Source of the DNA: Azolla caroliniana
Lineage: Eukaryota; Plantae; Polypodiophyta
Assembly: GCA_043228905.1 (NCBI GenBank)
Contig: JBHGNT010000014.1
Span: 6,944,001 to 7,008,000, forward strand
Direction of reading: 5' to 3'
Length of the DNA stretch: 64,000 nucleotides
Shown piece after piece: positions 48,501 to 59,496 of this stretch (position 1 is its first letter; each line of letters begins with the position of its first letter). The notes below the pieces were generated by a model. It was not told where the DNA came from. It saw nothing but the letters and a program-made list of their open reading frames with translations, and ran no database searches. A program made the position numbers and the translations under genes.

Positions 48501-49627
48501 AGAGCCTTTACGGACTGAAGCAGGCTCCCCGGCAATGGTACCGGAAGTTCGACTCCTTCATGACCGACGAAGGGTACCTCAAAACGCAGTCCGACCACTG
48601 CGTGTTTGTGAAGAAGTTCGAAGGAGGAGACTCTCTAATACTCCTCCTGTACGTGGACGACATGTTGATCGTCGGACGGGACCAGGTCAAGATACGGATG
48701 CTGAAGAAGGCTCTTCACCGAACCTTCTCAATGAAGGACCTGGGTCCGGCGAGGCAAATACTAGGGATGCACATCATCCGGGACCGGAAGAAGAAGCAGT
48801 TGGGGCTGTCACAGGAGAAGTACGTGACGAAGGTGCTTCACCGGTTCAACATGTCGGAAGCGAGACCGGTCGGATCGACCCTCCCGACAAACTGCAAGCT
48901 GACCAGCAAGCAAAGTCCCAAGACAAAGGCTGAAAAGGAGGATATGATGGAAGTGCCGTATGCCTCAGCCGTCGGGAGCTTGATGTACGCCATGGTGTGT
49001 ACGAGACCGGACATAGGATATGCAGTCGGAGTGGTGAGCCGGTACATGAGCAATCCCGGCAAAGAGCACTGGAACGCGGTCAAGTGGATACTCCGATACC
49101 TGAAGGGCACGGCAAACGTGTGCCTCCGATTCGGCTCCGGTAAGCCCGAACTCGAAGGCTTTACTGATTCTGATATGTCGGCTGATGCAGATACCAGCCG
49201 GTCCACATCAGGGTATGTGATGACGTATGCAGGGGGAGCTGTTTCGTGGCAGTCGAGGCTGCAGAAGACGGTTGCGTTGTCAACCACGGAGGCGGAGTAC
49301 ATGGCGGCTGTTGAAGCCGGCAAGGAAATAATATGGATGAAGGACTTCATTAGAGAGCTCGGTATCCGGCAGGAGGAGTACCGACTCTACTGCGACAGTC
49401 AGAGTGCAATCCACCTTGCAAAGAACGCGGCCTATCACTCCCGGACGAAGCACATCCAGCGAAGATATCACTGGATCCGGGAAAGGATAGAAGACAAGGA
49501 GTTCGTGCTGACGAAGATCCACACGGACGAGAACGGGTCGGATATGCTGACCAAGGTGCTCACACCCGACAAGCTGGAAGCATGCCGGAAGAGGATCGGA
49601 TTGGAGAAACATCCCATGCCGAAGTGA
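45551..49627 (+). CDS. Copia Gag-Pol polyprotein (1358 aa from the ATG)
   Basis: CFHCGKPGHFRKNC; WVVDSGAS; WHKRLCH...CTDC; ADNGGEY; LYVDDM; DSD...SDMLTK. Confidence 0.98.
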   Translation: MEGGGSGQPMMMVLNAQNYADWKIKMEDLLIVRDLYEPIDRSEIPKGVLESEWKLLNRKAVATIRQYVDVSVLQHVANDTNAYEMWKKLSGLYERKNALNRTSLMRKIVNLKYRDGESMVEHVSTFMGFVNQLAAIKFPLEDAMQAIILMCTLPESWENLVVTLSTSCTEDNLSLQTVKTSILNEEARRRDKEPASDPKMLFTESDRGRQWNRSPQRREKSGTRSQSRGRPTCFHCGKPGHFRKNCRHYRKDNGADDTDSKKSPERNGAYRGATDRRGSDRRGQDRKGTMALAASEEEIMLITEEGELNIAGDETTWVVDSGASFHLTPERRYFSSYTAGEHGCVRMGNEGTCRIAGIGDVWLTTPTGCKMLLKNVRHVPEVRLNLISAGRLDDEGYTGSIRNGVMKFSKGSLIVARARKVNTLYLMNAWLCPEELNVAADTAGELWHKRLCHMSEKGMKRLAEDNLIPVKHVHLEKCTDCLAGKQNRTSFHSRPPTRRSAPLELVHTDVCQVETKSHGGAQYFVTFIDDHSRKLWTAPMKTKDQVLCVFKELHARVERESGKKLKAIRADNGGEYRGQFQEYCRSKGIRLEFTVPKTPELNGLAERMNRTIMERVRSMLAHAKLPKGFWAEAMSTATYVINRSPSVPLDGDTPQRVWTGREVSYRHLKVFGCLAYVHVAKDRRGKLDPKTRPCIFLGYGDDEFGYRVWDPVDKKIFRSRDIVFMEDKTLTDWESEKKMKSSKSTGEDKLYEEQSRLARDRLALEDPAEDGEEREPAEEDENDTGTVPDPEMDSDEEEESGEPVTEAPERRYPLRERRAPRRFPEPEHVLLTDEGEPESFEEAKHDTQSRKWLSAMQDEMDSLHENHTYELVELPKGKRALRNKWVFKLKPGDAGNPPRYKARIVVKGFQQKKGVDFDEIFAPVVKMTSIRTVLSIAASMDLEVEQMDVKTAFLHGDLDEEIYMQQPEGFEKKGKEHLVCRLKKSLYGLKQAPRQWYRKFDSFMTDEGYLKTQSDHCVFVKKFEGGDSLILLLYVDDMLIVGRDQVKIRMLKKALHRTFSMKDLGPARQILGMHIIRDRKKKQLGLSQEKYVTKVLHRFNMSEARPVGSTLPTNCKLTSKQSPKTKAEKEDMMEVPYASAVGSLMYAMVCTRPDIGYAVGVVSRYMSNPGKEHWNAVKWILRYLKGTANVCLRFGSGKPELEGFTDSDMSADADTSRSTSGYVMTYAGGAVSWQSRLQKTVALSTTEAEYMAAVEAGKEIIWMKDFIRELGIRQEEYRLYCDSQSAIHLAKNAAYHSRTKHIQRRYHWIRERIEDKEFVLTKIHTDENGSDMLTKVLTPDKLEACRKRIGLEKHPMPK

Positions 49628-49637
49628 AGGGGGAGTT

Positions 49638-50236
49638 TGTTGGGATTACGGTCCCTTCGGATGGGATGGTCGGATCCGGTTGTCGGTTTCGGATCCGGAT
49701 GACGAAGACCCCGGTTTCGGTACCGGATGACGAATGTACCCGGAGAGCGATCCGGATGCAGGGACATATCCGTGAATATGTTCGCTATGGGCCCCTGAGG
49801 CTACAGTTGTAAATAGCCCAAAGTCATATGAGTATAAATATGACTTAGGGCAAACTGTTTTGTTGTTGCTTCTCATTTTTTCTGTTTTTTCCACTTTAGA
49901 GGAGTGAAGAGAGAGCAGCCGTGAGAGAGAGAGAGAGAGAGAGCGCGAGAGAGAAAGAGGTAGACGCCTCTGTGTATTTCCGCCGCCTGTGGCGAGGACA
50001 GCGAGCTCAAGGTCGTCGCCTTGGAGCTCGTCATTGTATACTTCTCTGTATAGTGTTGTTTGGAGTCTTGTACTCCCGTGGTTTTTCCCCGTTTAGGGTT
50101 TTCCACGTTAATCCTTGTGTACTCGCGTTTCTTCGTCTTGTTTCTACGTGTGTTTCCTATTTTCTGCTCCATTGATCCGCGATTAATCGGTTGTGGCCGA
50201 GATAAGAAAGGAGGATAGAAGGGTCTATTCCTTACA
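49638..50236 (+). repeat. 3' LTR (599 bp)
   Basis: Matches 44923-45521. Confidence 0.98.
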
Positions 50237-50756
50237 CTCTAGATGTGCTTGGTACGAGAGTGGTAGGCAACATTCTTTGCATGGTGGATGATAGTCTGAT
50301 TATCACAGTGAAGTAGGAATTTATCTTGCTTCATTCCTAATTCACCTTTCGTACATTGACCAGAATTCAGGTTACAGTTCATCGGTAGTGTAGATCCGAC
50401 ATGTTTTGCATTATACATATTAGACCTTTATAATACTTTTGTCACATATTTCTCTTGTGATAGCCACACCATATTTTTATTCTTGTCCCAGATTAAGTGC
50501 ATTCCCAAAATTTGTCTTGTTGGACCTAAGTCCTTCATTGCAAAGGACGTACTCGGAACCTTTTTCAGACTTGCAATCTTATTTGCATTGTGTCTGACAA
50601 CCATCATATCGTCTACATAGAGGAGTAGAATAACAAAAGCACCTAATCATCATACCTCGTCACAAATACACAATGATCGGCTTGTGTTTTGTGGAATCCA
50701 TGTTTTAGCATGAAGGATTCAAACTTCTTAAACCATTGTCGAGGAGCTTGCTTTAG

Positions 50757-53700
50757 TGTTGAGAGACAAGCTCAACATTGGCCAGATCGGTTGGGACCGA
50801 TCGGTTAGGTTTCACCGGTGCGTAGAACAGATGCGTGAACCAGTACGCAAACCAGTGCGTAACGAGAGGCCGTATTGATGCGTAAACCAAAAGGCCATTA
50901 GAGAGATATTCCTTACAAAGGAATAATTTTGGGAGTGAGTGTCGAGGCTCACTTATGAGCAGTCAAGTACTGTCAGTACTTGTGTCAGCCCGATTGTCGG
51001 GGCTTGTATAAAAGTGCTCACTAAGCACATCCGATGTACAGATCGAGTATTATTTTTTGAATTAAGTTGTGGTGTTTACTCTCTCTCTGTCTCTCCCATG
51101 CGTACAATGCAAACCTAAGCTTTCCATTAAACATGCGTTTTCTGTTGTTCGGTTTCCTATATTGCTTCCCCATGCCATTCTTTTCATGGTATCAGAGCGC
51201 GAGGGTTGAGAACCTCTGCACGACGTTGCTTGAAAGAAAAACCAACGAAGAAGAACAAGAAAACCGATGGACAGAGGAATGGCTAGCTCGCTTTCGACGG
51301 AGAAGCTCGACAGAACCAACTACGCATCTTGGTCCTACAAGATGCACCAGTACTTGCTCGGACACAGTTACTGGAGCTATGTCGATGGAGCAAATGACAC
51401 AGCGCCCGATTCGACACACAAAGACTTCCCGGCGCGGGAACAATCGGCGAGCAGAGTGTTGTACTGTCTCACGTCTTGTGTGGACGAATAGCTATTAAGC
51501 TACGTTCGGGATGCAAAAACGCCAAAGGGTGCGTGGGAAAATCTAAAGAAGATCTTCGCCATGAGCACCACAGCCAGGAAGCTTCAGCTCCGACAAGAGT
51601 TGAGCAACCTACGGCAACACGATTTGTCGATGGCTAACTATACCTCGAAGATCAAGGACATATGCGACTCCTTAGCTTCCATCGATGTGAACATCGAGGA
51701 AAGTGAGATGGTCCAGGTTTGTCTCGGGGGTTTAGCGTCAAAGTTCGGAGCGTTCCGAACTGCTGTGTGTACATGGGAGAATACGCCGTCGTTTTTCGAC
51801 TTACAGTCGATGCTCCTTATAAAGGAGAACCACGCGGGTGCGTTGACAAGCATGCATGCCGACAGCAAGATGTTGTACATGGAAGGAGATAGGCCCCGTG
51901 GTCGTGGCGGACGAGGCAAGTCGGTACGCAATGGAGGCGGAATGCTGGTATTGTGGCAAGAAAGGTCACAAGGAGATTGAGTACTGGAAAAAGTGCGCCG
52001 ATTCGGAGAGAACCGGGTCCGGAATAGGTTCCGGACAGACCGACAAAGGAAATCGGCAACGATCGCACTATGCCGAAGGATTCGGAGAAGTCGGAAAAGG
52101 GTCAGTCTTCGTGATGAGACACGAAGCACACTCCATGAGGAAGATCACCCCAAAGTCGGAGGAGGTGTGGTACGTCGACTCCGGCGCGTCAAACCACATG
52201 ACGTGCCACAAGGAGTGGTTCTCATACCTTGAGAAACCGACGCAACCAGGAGTAGTCGCAACCGGAGACGACACTCCACATCCAATCGTGAATGTCGGTG
52301 AAGTTCCCTTGAGCAATGTCGGGCAGCAAGGGAAACTTATGAACGTGTTACACGTCCCGAGAATTACGAAGAATCTGGTGTCGGTCGGGCAGATCGTTGA
52401 CCAAGGGATGCAGGTTCGGTTTACACATCTCGGGTGCTTCATTGAGGAAGAAGGCCGTGTTATTGCGCAAGGGCGTAGAGATGGGAGGATGTTCACCTCG
52501 ACTCTACTGACGGTGGCACCGCAATGTTCACGAAGGGACAAAAAGTCAAGTCAACCATCGACTTATGGCACAAGCGGATAGGCCACGTCAACTACCAGCG
52601 GCTTCAAGACCTGCAATCGAAACAAGTGGTGTTCGGATTGCCCAAATTTAGTGGCTGGAAGGCACAAATTTGTGAAGCCTGCCAGCTTGGGAAGCAACAC
52701 TGACTTCCCTTCCCCAACGAGCATAACCAGAGCCGGAACAAGCTCGACTTGATACACTTCGATGTGTGGGGGCCTGCACAAAATATTAGTCTTGGCGGGA
52801 GCCGATATTTCGTCTCCTTCATCGACGACTACACCCAGCACACATGGATCTACCTCATCGAGAGGAAGAGCGAAGTCTTCGACTATTTCTGGAACCTCAA
52901 AGGGTTCGTGGAAATGGAAACAGGAAGGAAGATCAAATGCCTGTAGTTGGATGGCGGAAAAGAATACTTTTCTGGCCAATTCAATGGTTATCTACAACAG
53001 ATGGGAATTCGGCGCGAATTCAGTTGTAGATACACGCTAGAGCAAAACGGCGTGGCCGAGAGGAAAAATCGGTCGGTTGTGGAAGCGGCGCGGGCAATGC
53101 TGGAAGAAAAGGGCTTGCCCAAGTTATATTGGGCCGAAGCAGTACGAACCGCGGTATACATCCAGAACCGGATCGGAGACAAAGTGTCGGCACATGAGCT
53201 ATATTTCGGAACAAAGCCGAACTTGCGACACTTATGAGTTTTCGGTAGCATTGCGTATGTGCATGTGCCGAAGGAGAAACGGAGGAAGCTGGACGCAAAG
53301 GCCGAGAAATGTATCTTGGTCGGCTACTCGGATGAGCAGAAGGGTTATAAGTGCACCAAACAAGTGCCAAACAAGCGCACGTGAGCCACGACGTTGTGTT
53401 TGATGAATCAGCATCCTGGTACTTGCCTCCGATTCCGGATCTCAACTCCAATCCGAGTTCCAACTATGAGGCCAACGAGACCGCGATGCCTCCGGATGAA
53501 CCTGAAATCGGGACCCGCGAAGAGAGTCTGATTTCGTTTCGGTTAAGTGGACCGAATGGATGAAGAGCCGGCGAGTAGTGGAGACTCAATCGTGCATTCC
53601 CCGCGCAGGATGCCGAGGAGACAGCTTACGCGCAAAGAGAAAGGGAAGAAGAAGGTGTCGGATTCCGGCACGGATAAGAACGAGTCAGACCGACACGAGT

Positions 53701-56360
53701 CCGACTCCGAGGGAAGCCGTGACAGGTCTTCAAGAGCGAAGTCTGCGTTGGCCGAGAAGACCTCGACATCGGCTAATGAACGATTATGCCGATCTACCCG
53801 CCAGAAGAACCCAATTGTGCGGTTCGGATACAACGAGTACATGGCGCATCATTATGCGTACATGACCCGTGTACCGGAAGTGTGTGAGTCGGAGAGCTAC
53901 GCAGAAGCGGCTAAGGACGCGAATTGGTGTGCCGCGATGGAGGAAGGGATGCACGCATTGGCGGAAAACGAGACTTGGGACTTGGTTGACGCACCAAAGG
54001 TCAAGTACAACATCGCCGGCTCGGTCAACCGATACAAGGTCCTGTTAGTGGCAAAAGGCTACGCGCAGAAACACGGCATCGACTATGATGAGACGTTTGC
54101 GCCGATTGTGAAGATAACAACCATTCGTGTTTTGCTCGCCATAGCTGCGGCAACGGGGTGGCACTTACATCAGATGGATGTAAAGAATGCGTTCTTGCAA
54201 GGTGAGCTTGAGGAACAGGTGTACATGGTACAGGCCCCCGGATTTCACTCCGGAACGAACACGTCGGCAGTGTGTCGATTGAAGAAGTCCCTTTACGGAC
54301 TGAAGCAAGCCCCGCGTGCCTGGAACACGAAGATCACGCAACAACTGCGAAGGATGGGCTTTGTAACTCAAAATCGGGCTCTTCCCTGTTCATCCGGAAA
54401 GGTCGACTCGGTCTGGTCAATATTTTACTATATGTTGATGACTTGGTCATCATCGGCACCAACCTAGGTGAAATCGACCGCGTAAAGCTCTAGCTTGCGG
54501 CATCGTTCGACATGAAGGATCTGGGGGACCTTCATTACTTGCTCGGGATCGAAGTGATCCGCACCCCCGAAGGCATACTGATTAGCCAACGTCATTACAC
54601 ACTAAATATGCTCTTCAAATTCGGGATGGCAGACTGTAAGTCCATCTCGACTCCTCTGGATAGAACTGTCAAGCTTCGCCCCCATTCCAGAGAGGTATGC
54701 TACCCGACGAGGTTCCGACAAATTGTCGGAAGCCTTATCTACTTGACAATCACCCGACCTGATCTCAGTTATCCGGTCAGGGTGATCAGTCAGTTTATGG
54801 CGCGACCTACCAAGGAGCACCTTTAGTGTGCGCAACGCGTACTGCAGTACGTAAGCGGCACTAAGGACCGGGGACTACTATATCGGTCCGATACAACCCC
54901 ACAGTTGGTTGGCTACACCGATGCCGACTGCGCCGACAACGTCATCGATCGCCGATCCAGGTCCGGTTTCGCGTTCTCTCTTGGGAGTGCCGCGATCACG
55001 TGGAGTAGCAAGAAGCAGCCGACAGTTGCGCTGTCGAGCACCGAAGCCGAGTATAGAGGAGCGGTTGTCGCGACATGCGAAGCAATATGGTTAAAGCGGC
55101 TACTTAAGGATGTGCAGGTGAAGGTGTCTGATCCAATGACTATCTACTACGACAACCTCAACAACATCAAGGTCGCCAAGAACCCCGTTTTCCACGCCCG
55201 GACTAAGCACATTGAGGTGCACTACCATTTCATCCGTGAGCGTGTTCTCTCCAGTGAAGTCGAACTTCAGTTTGTTCCGACGGATCGGCAGACCGCCGAC
55301 ATCTTCCCCAAGCCTCTTGGACTGGACAAGTTGCGGCAATTCTTGGGTGCGCTTGGGTTGCGTCACCTCGACGTGCCGAACTTGAGGGGGAGAGATGTCT
55401 CGAATTACCACGGAAGGGGGAGAGAAGACCGCGACGCCGAGTTAGAAGACGAATTCGTCGATTTCGGATCGGCTAAAGAAGCCGAGGGCGGACCCGCAGA
55501 AGATTCCGGAAGCAAACATAAGGGGAGCAGCCGAAAGAAAGAGTCGAAGCCAGCCAAGCATGGGGAGATGACACCGTCAAGGGTGAGAAGACCAAAGACG
55601 AGTTGGAGACAGCCAACTCGGACGAGAGTGAAAACCGGTCGAAGATAGCCGAGTCGGTTCGGATGTTTGATTCGGATACACTAAATCAACCGAGGGCCAA
55701 GCGGAGAAGAAGGCATCAGGAGAAGCGCCAACACCACGACGGCAAGGGAACTGTGAAGGGTCGTGGGAGCAGACAAGCCGACCGGAAGGGTCGAAGTGCG
55801 CAGAGTCAAACAGGTCGAGGAGCGCGAGCGAGGCGTGGAGCCAGGAGGAACCTGAGCGGTGATCCAGAAGAACCCGAAGAGCCTCAAGTTGAGCTTGAGG
55901 GGGAGTGTTGACAGACAAGCTCAACATCGGCCGGATCGGTTGAGCAAGCCGAGGACCGGATCGGTTGGAACCGATCGGTTAGGCCAGACGAATGCGTAAA
56001 ACAGATGCGTGAACTAGTACGTAAACCAGTGCGTAACGAGAGGCTGTATCGGTGCGTAAACCGAAAGGCCATTAGAGAGATATTCCTCACAAAGGAATAA
56101 TTTTGGGAGTGAGTGTCGAGGCTCACTTATGAGCAGTCAAGTACTGTCAGTACTTGTGTCAGCCCGATTGTCAGGGCTTGTATAAAAGTGCTCATTGAGC
56201 ACATCCGATGTACAAATCGAGTATTATTTTTTGAATTAAGTTGTGGTGTTTACTCTCTCTCTGTCTCTCCCATGTGTACAATGCAAACCTAAGTTTTCCA
56301 TTAAACCTGCGTTTTCTGTTGTTCGGTTTCCTATATTGCTTCCACACGCCATTCTTTTCA
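50757..56360 (+). mobile_element. Full-length but decayed copia, family C
   Basis: TSD TTTAG (50752-50756 / 56361-56365); LTRs 50757-51186 and 55906-56360 (diverged, ~25-bp indel); PBS 51187-51198; gag-pol broken by stops and frameshifts. Confidence 0.96.
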
Positions 56361-56689
56361 TTTAGACCATATAAGCTCTCCCTCAATCTGCATACAAGAT
56401 TTTCTTTTCCTTTAACCTCAAAACCCTCATGTTGTTGTATATAGATTTCCTCTTCCAAACCATCATGTAGGAATGTTATTTCTATGTCCAGTTGTTCAAT
56501 CTCCATATTCAACTTTTGAGTACCCCAAGAATATGCATAGCTTGGACTTGTTGTCTATCTTTGATCTCTAATCTTTTCAACATGCATATAAGCCAGGCAT
56601 CTAAACACCCTCATTTGGTAAGAATCATTTCTTCCTGTCCATACCCTCTATGGGACATTACCATTTAGAGGCACTGAGGGGTAATTTTT

Positions 56690-57083
56690 TGTAAGATAAA
56701 ATAGCCGTCGTCATTGCCTCAACCCAATACAACTGCAACAATTTTGCAGCATGTGAAAACCTACTTCTCATCCTCTCCATTATGATCATGGCCATCCTCT
56801 CAACCTAGCTTAGGTGTCTTTGGCACTGTATACTCAAGTTTGATACCTTGACTCTTGCAACACAACTCAAATTTACCCCAGTACTCTGTAAGATAAAATA
56901 GCCGTCGTCATTGCCTCAACCCAATACAACTGCAACAATTTTGCAGCATGTGAAAACCTACTTCTCATCCTCTCCATTATGATCATGGCCATCCTCTCAA
57001 CCTAGCTTAGGTGTCTTTGGCACTGTATACTCAAGTTTGATACCTTGACTCTTGCAACACAACTCAAATTTACCCCAGTACTC
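56690..57083. repeat. Perfect tandem duplication, 2 x 197 bp
   Basis: Units start at 56690 and 56887 (tgtaagataaaatagcc...ccccagtactc). Confidence 0.95.
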
Positions 57084-57639
57084 ACCACCATTGTCTGTTT
57101 GGACAACCTTTAGCTCCTGTCAAGATTCTTTCTAAGCCCTGGCCTAGAACTCCTTAAAGACCGACAACACCTAGTCTTTACTTTACAACACGAAAGCCCA
57201 CAATTTTCTGTTGTAATCATCAATTAAAGTCACAAAATATTGTGCACCACAATGTGACTTTGCATCCAAATAATATACATATGTATAGACCAATTCTAAG
57301 GCATGTTCTCTTCTCATCAAAGGCCTGGAGTGAAAGGCAACCCTATTTTGCTTATCGGCCAAGCAATCAACACATTGTTTTAGATGCATACCATTCACTT
57401 TCGAAGGAGATCCTTTTCAGCAAGCATATACATTCTCCTCTCGCTCTTGTGGCCAAGCCTTTTATGTCATAACTAACCATCTAAGTCGGCAACTACATTT
57501 GCCTCATATCCACATAGTTTTGTATTCATTACATATATTGTACTTTGCTTTTATGTTTGAGCCACTATCAAATTTCCTTTGCAAAATTTCCATCCACCAT
57601 TTTGGAAGCTACCGTCCAATTTGATCATATTTGTCGTTC

Positions 57640-58990
57640 AATCATTATGGCATACCATGTTGCAATGCATGATTAAACATATCGCTTATCTATGCATGTG
57701 CTTCCTTTCCCATCCATTTGAGCATTTCAGTCTTTATACATTCAAGATTGCTTGCCTTTCGAGATGCCAATTTCTTAAGTCCTATGCATATATCTTCGAT
57801 TGTAAAGAAGGGAGACATATGTAAAAGAGAACCATAATGCATTATCTTTCCCGCAAGAGATACCTCATATAGATTCTTACAATGCATAGACAAGTCAAGA
57901 AAAGTAAAGTTATTGTAACTGTCAACACATTTTCCTTTTAGATTTCCCCAAATTTTAGCACATGCATGTGCTTTCTCTTGAATTTGGAGAAATTGTTGAG
58001 TAACTTCCCATATTTATCTCTTTATTTGAATAAGCCTTTTGTAACCATGCAAATACTTTTGGAAATTTTCCTTATCCTTAACTACATCAAAAACCATAAG
58101 GCTCTTTTGAGCTTCGTGACATTCTTAATCAAACCATTTTTTCTTTGAACTACATTTCTTGATGCATTTCCAAGATGTCAGTTTGGTCAAAAAACATTCG
58201 TTTGCACATGAAAAAATGACTTTCTTAAAGCTTCCCATTTGCATTCTAGTGTGGCACCATGTTGTATCTTTGTCATTTGTAACATATCCTCAACCATCTT
58301 GCAATACATGGGCGCTCGGTTAAGGTTCATCCTCAAGTGGGGTTTTTTTATTATCTTCAATGGTCTTCTCACAATCGAACCTATGCATACATTTGAGGTC
58401 AATACATAAAGCCCTATGATCAAATTCCAATGTTCATTCACCAAGTGAGAACTTATGTATACGATCCAAAATACCTTCAAAATGTAGCACATAGTCAATT
58501 ACACTATTTCCATTGTATTCTACATGTAAAGCCATTAGTGTTGGGCTATAAGGAGAAACCATTTGCAATAATCAATTCAGTACTATTGCACATTTGTAAG
58601 AGTAACTTCCCAAATTGGTTTGGATCTTTTTCATTGCTAGAAGAGTGGCTATACATTTGTATATCCTCTTGCATCCTTGAGATATGTGGCATGAAAGATT
58701 GTTGTGCATCAAGTTGAAAAGTTCTTGTATAGGCATTCAAGTCGCCAAAGGCAATAGCATCCCCTTTGTATTTGAAATAAGCATTATCATCTTGTAGATT
58801 GGCAAAAGGTTGATCTTAATCCAAACAAGCATAAAAGTTAGAATCTTGATGAGGAATGTAACATCCAACTACAAAAGTGGGTAAACCATTAGGTGTTTTA
58901 TTTTGAGCCATATGTCACATTTATGTTCATCATTTTTTATGATTGACGCATATTTCTCTATTTCCATCTTATTCAAATATGCTAACCCTC
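57640..58990 (-). pseudogene. LINE ORF2 remnant (APE endonuclease to the pre-RT region)
   Basis: VGCYIPH; AFGDLNA (~58735-58750); PNQFGKLLLQMCNSTELIIANG; FTIEDICIGLKKLASRKA...IKTEMLKW. Confidence 0.75.
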
Positions 58991-59496
58991 CTTGTCTTCT
59001 TCTTTGTCTTGGATTTTTCTCCCATATCAAAGAGCGTAAATTGTAGTTTCCTAAACCTTGAATCCTTTGAGAGAGAGAGAAGAGATCTTTTTAGTCAAGA
59101 GATTTCTATACACCTATACCTCGACATATGCATTAACAACCTTAGATGCACACCATAAGACAAGCAGGGAGACATAACATGGAGAGGTTGTGTGTTTGTG
59201 TTTCTTTCTCAAACAATTCTCATTAAATGTGACTTTAATTTTTAGGAGAAGTGATGATTGACTTTTTAGTCCCAATTCTTAGACTAATTATTAGTTTTTA
59301 TGCTTTTTAGATTCAACACACTAGAATTTTGGCCAAAAGTTGGTACATCTCAGCTTGCTTTCACCCCAGCCCTATTTACTTTCTTTGGTCTATAATTCCT
59401 TAGTTTTCCTTCATTAATTGGTTAGACTCTAACTATACTATTAGAATCTTAATTAACCTTAAGCAAAAATAAAGAGAAAAAGTAAGGAAGAAAGAA

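Larger units (their letters stand above)
44923..50236 (+). mobile_element. Intact Ty1/copia (Tnt1/Tork-like) element, 5314 bp
   Basis: TSD CTCTA (44918-44922 / 50237-50241); 599-bp LTRs; PBS 45525-45536; PPT 49628-49635; uninterrupted gag-pol. Confidence 0.99.
44656..57630 (-). mobile_element. Old Tork-like copia host, split by 44923-50236 and 50757-56360
   Basis: 3' LTR start ~44741 and PPT ~44745-44756; AKNVAYHSRTKHI|RRYHWLRE...VKIHTDENG across the first insertion; LVCRLRESLYGL|KQAPRQWFKKF across the second; integrase remnants 56560-57400. Confidence 0.88.
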
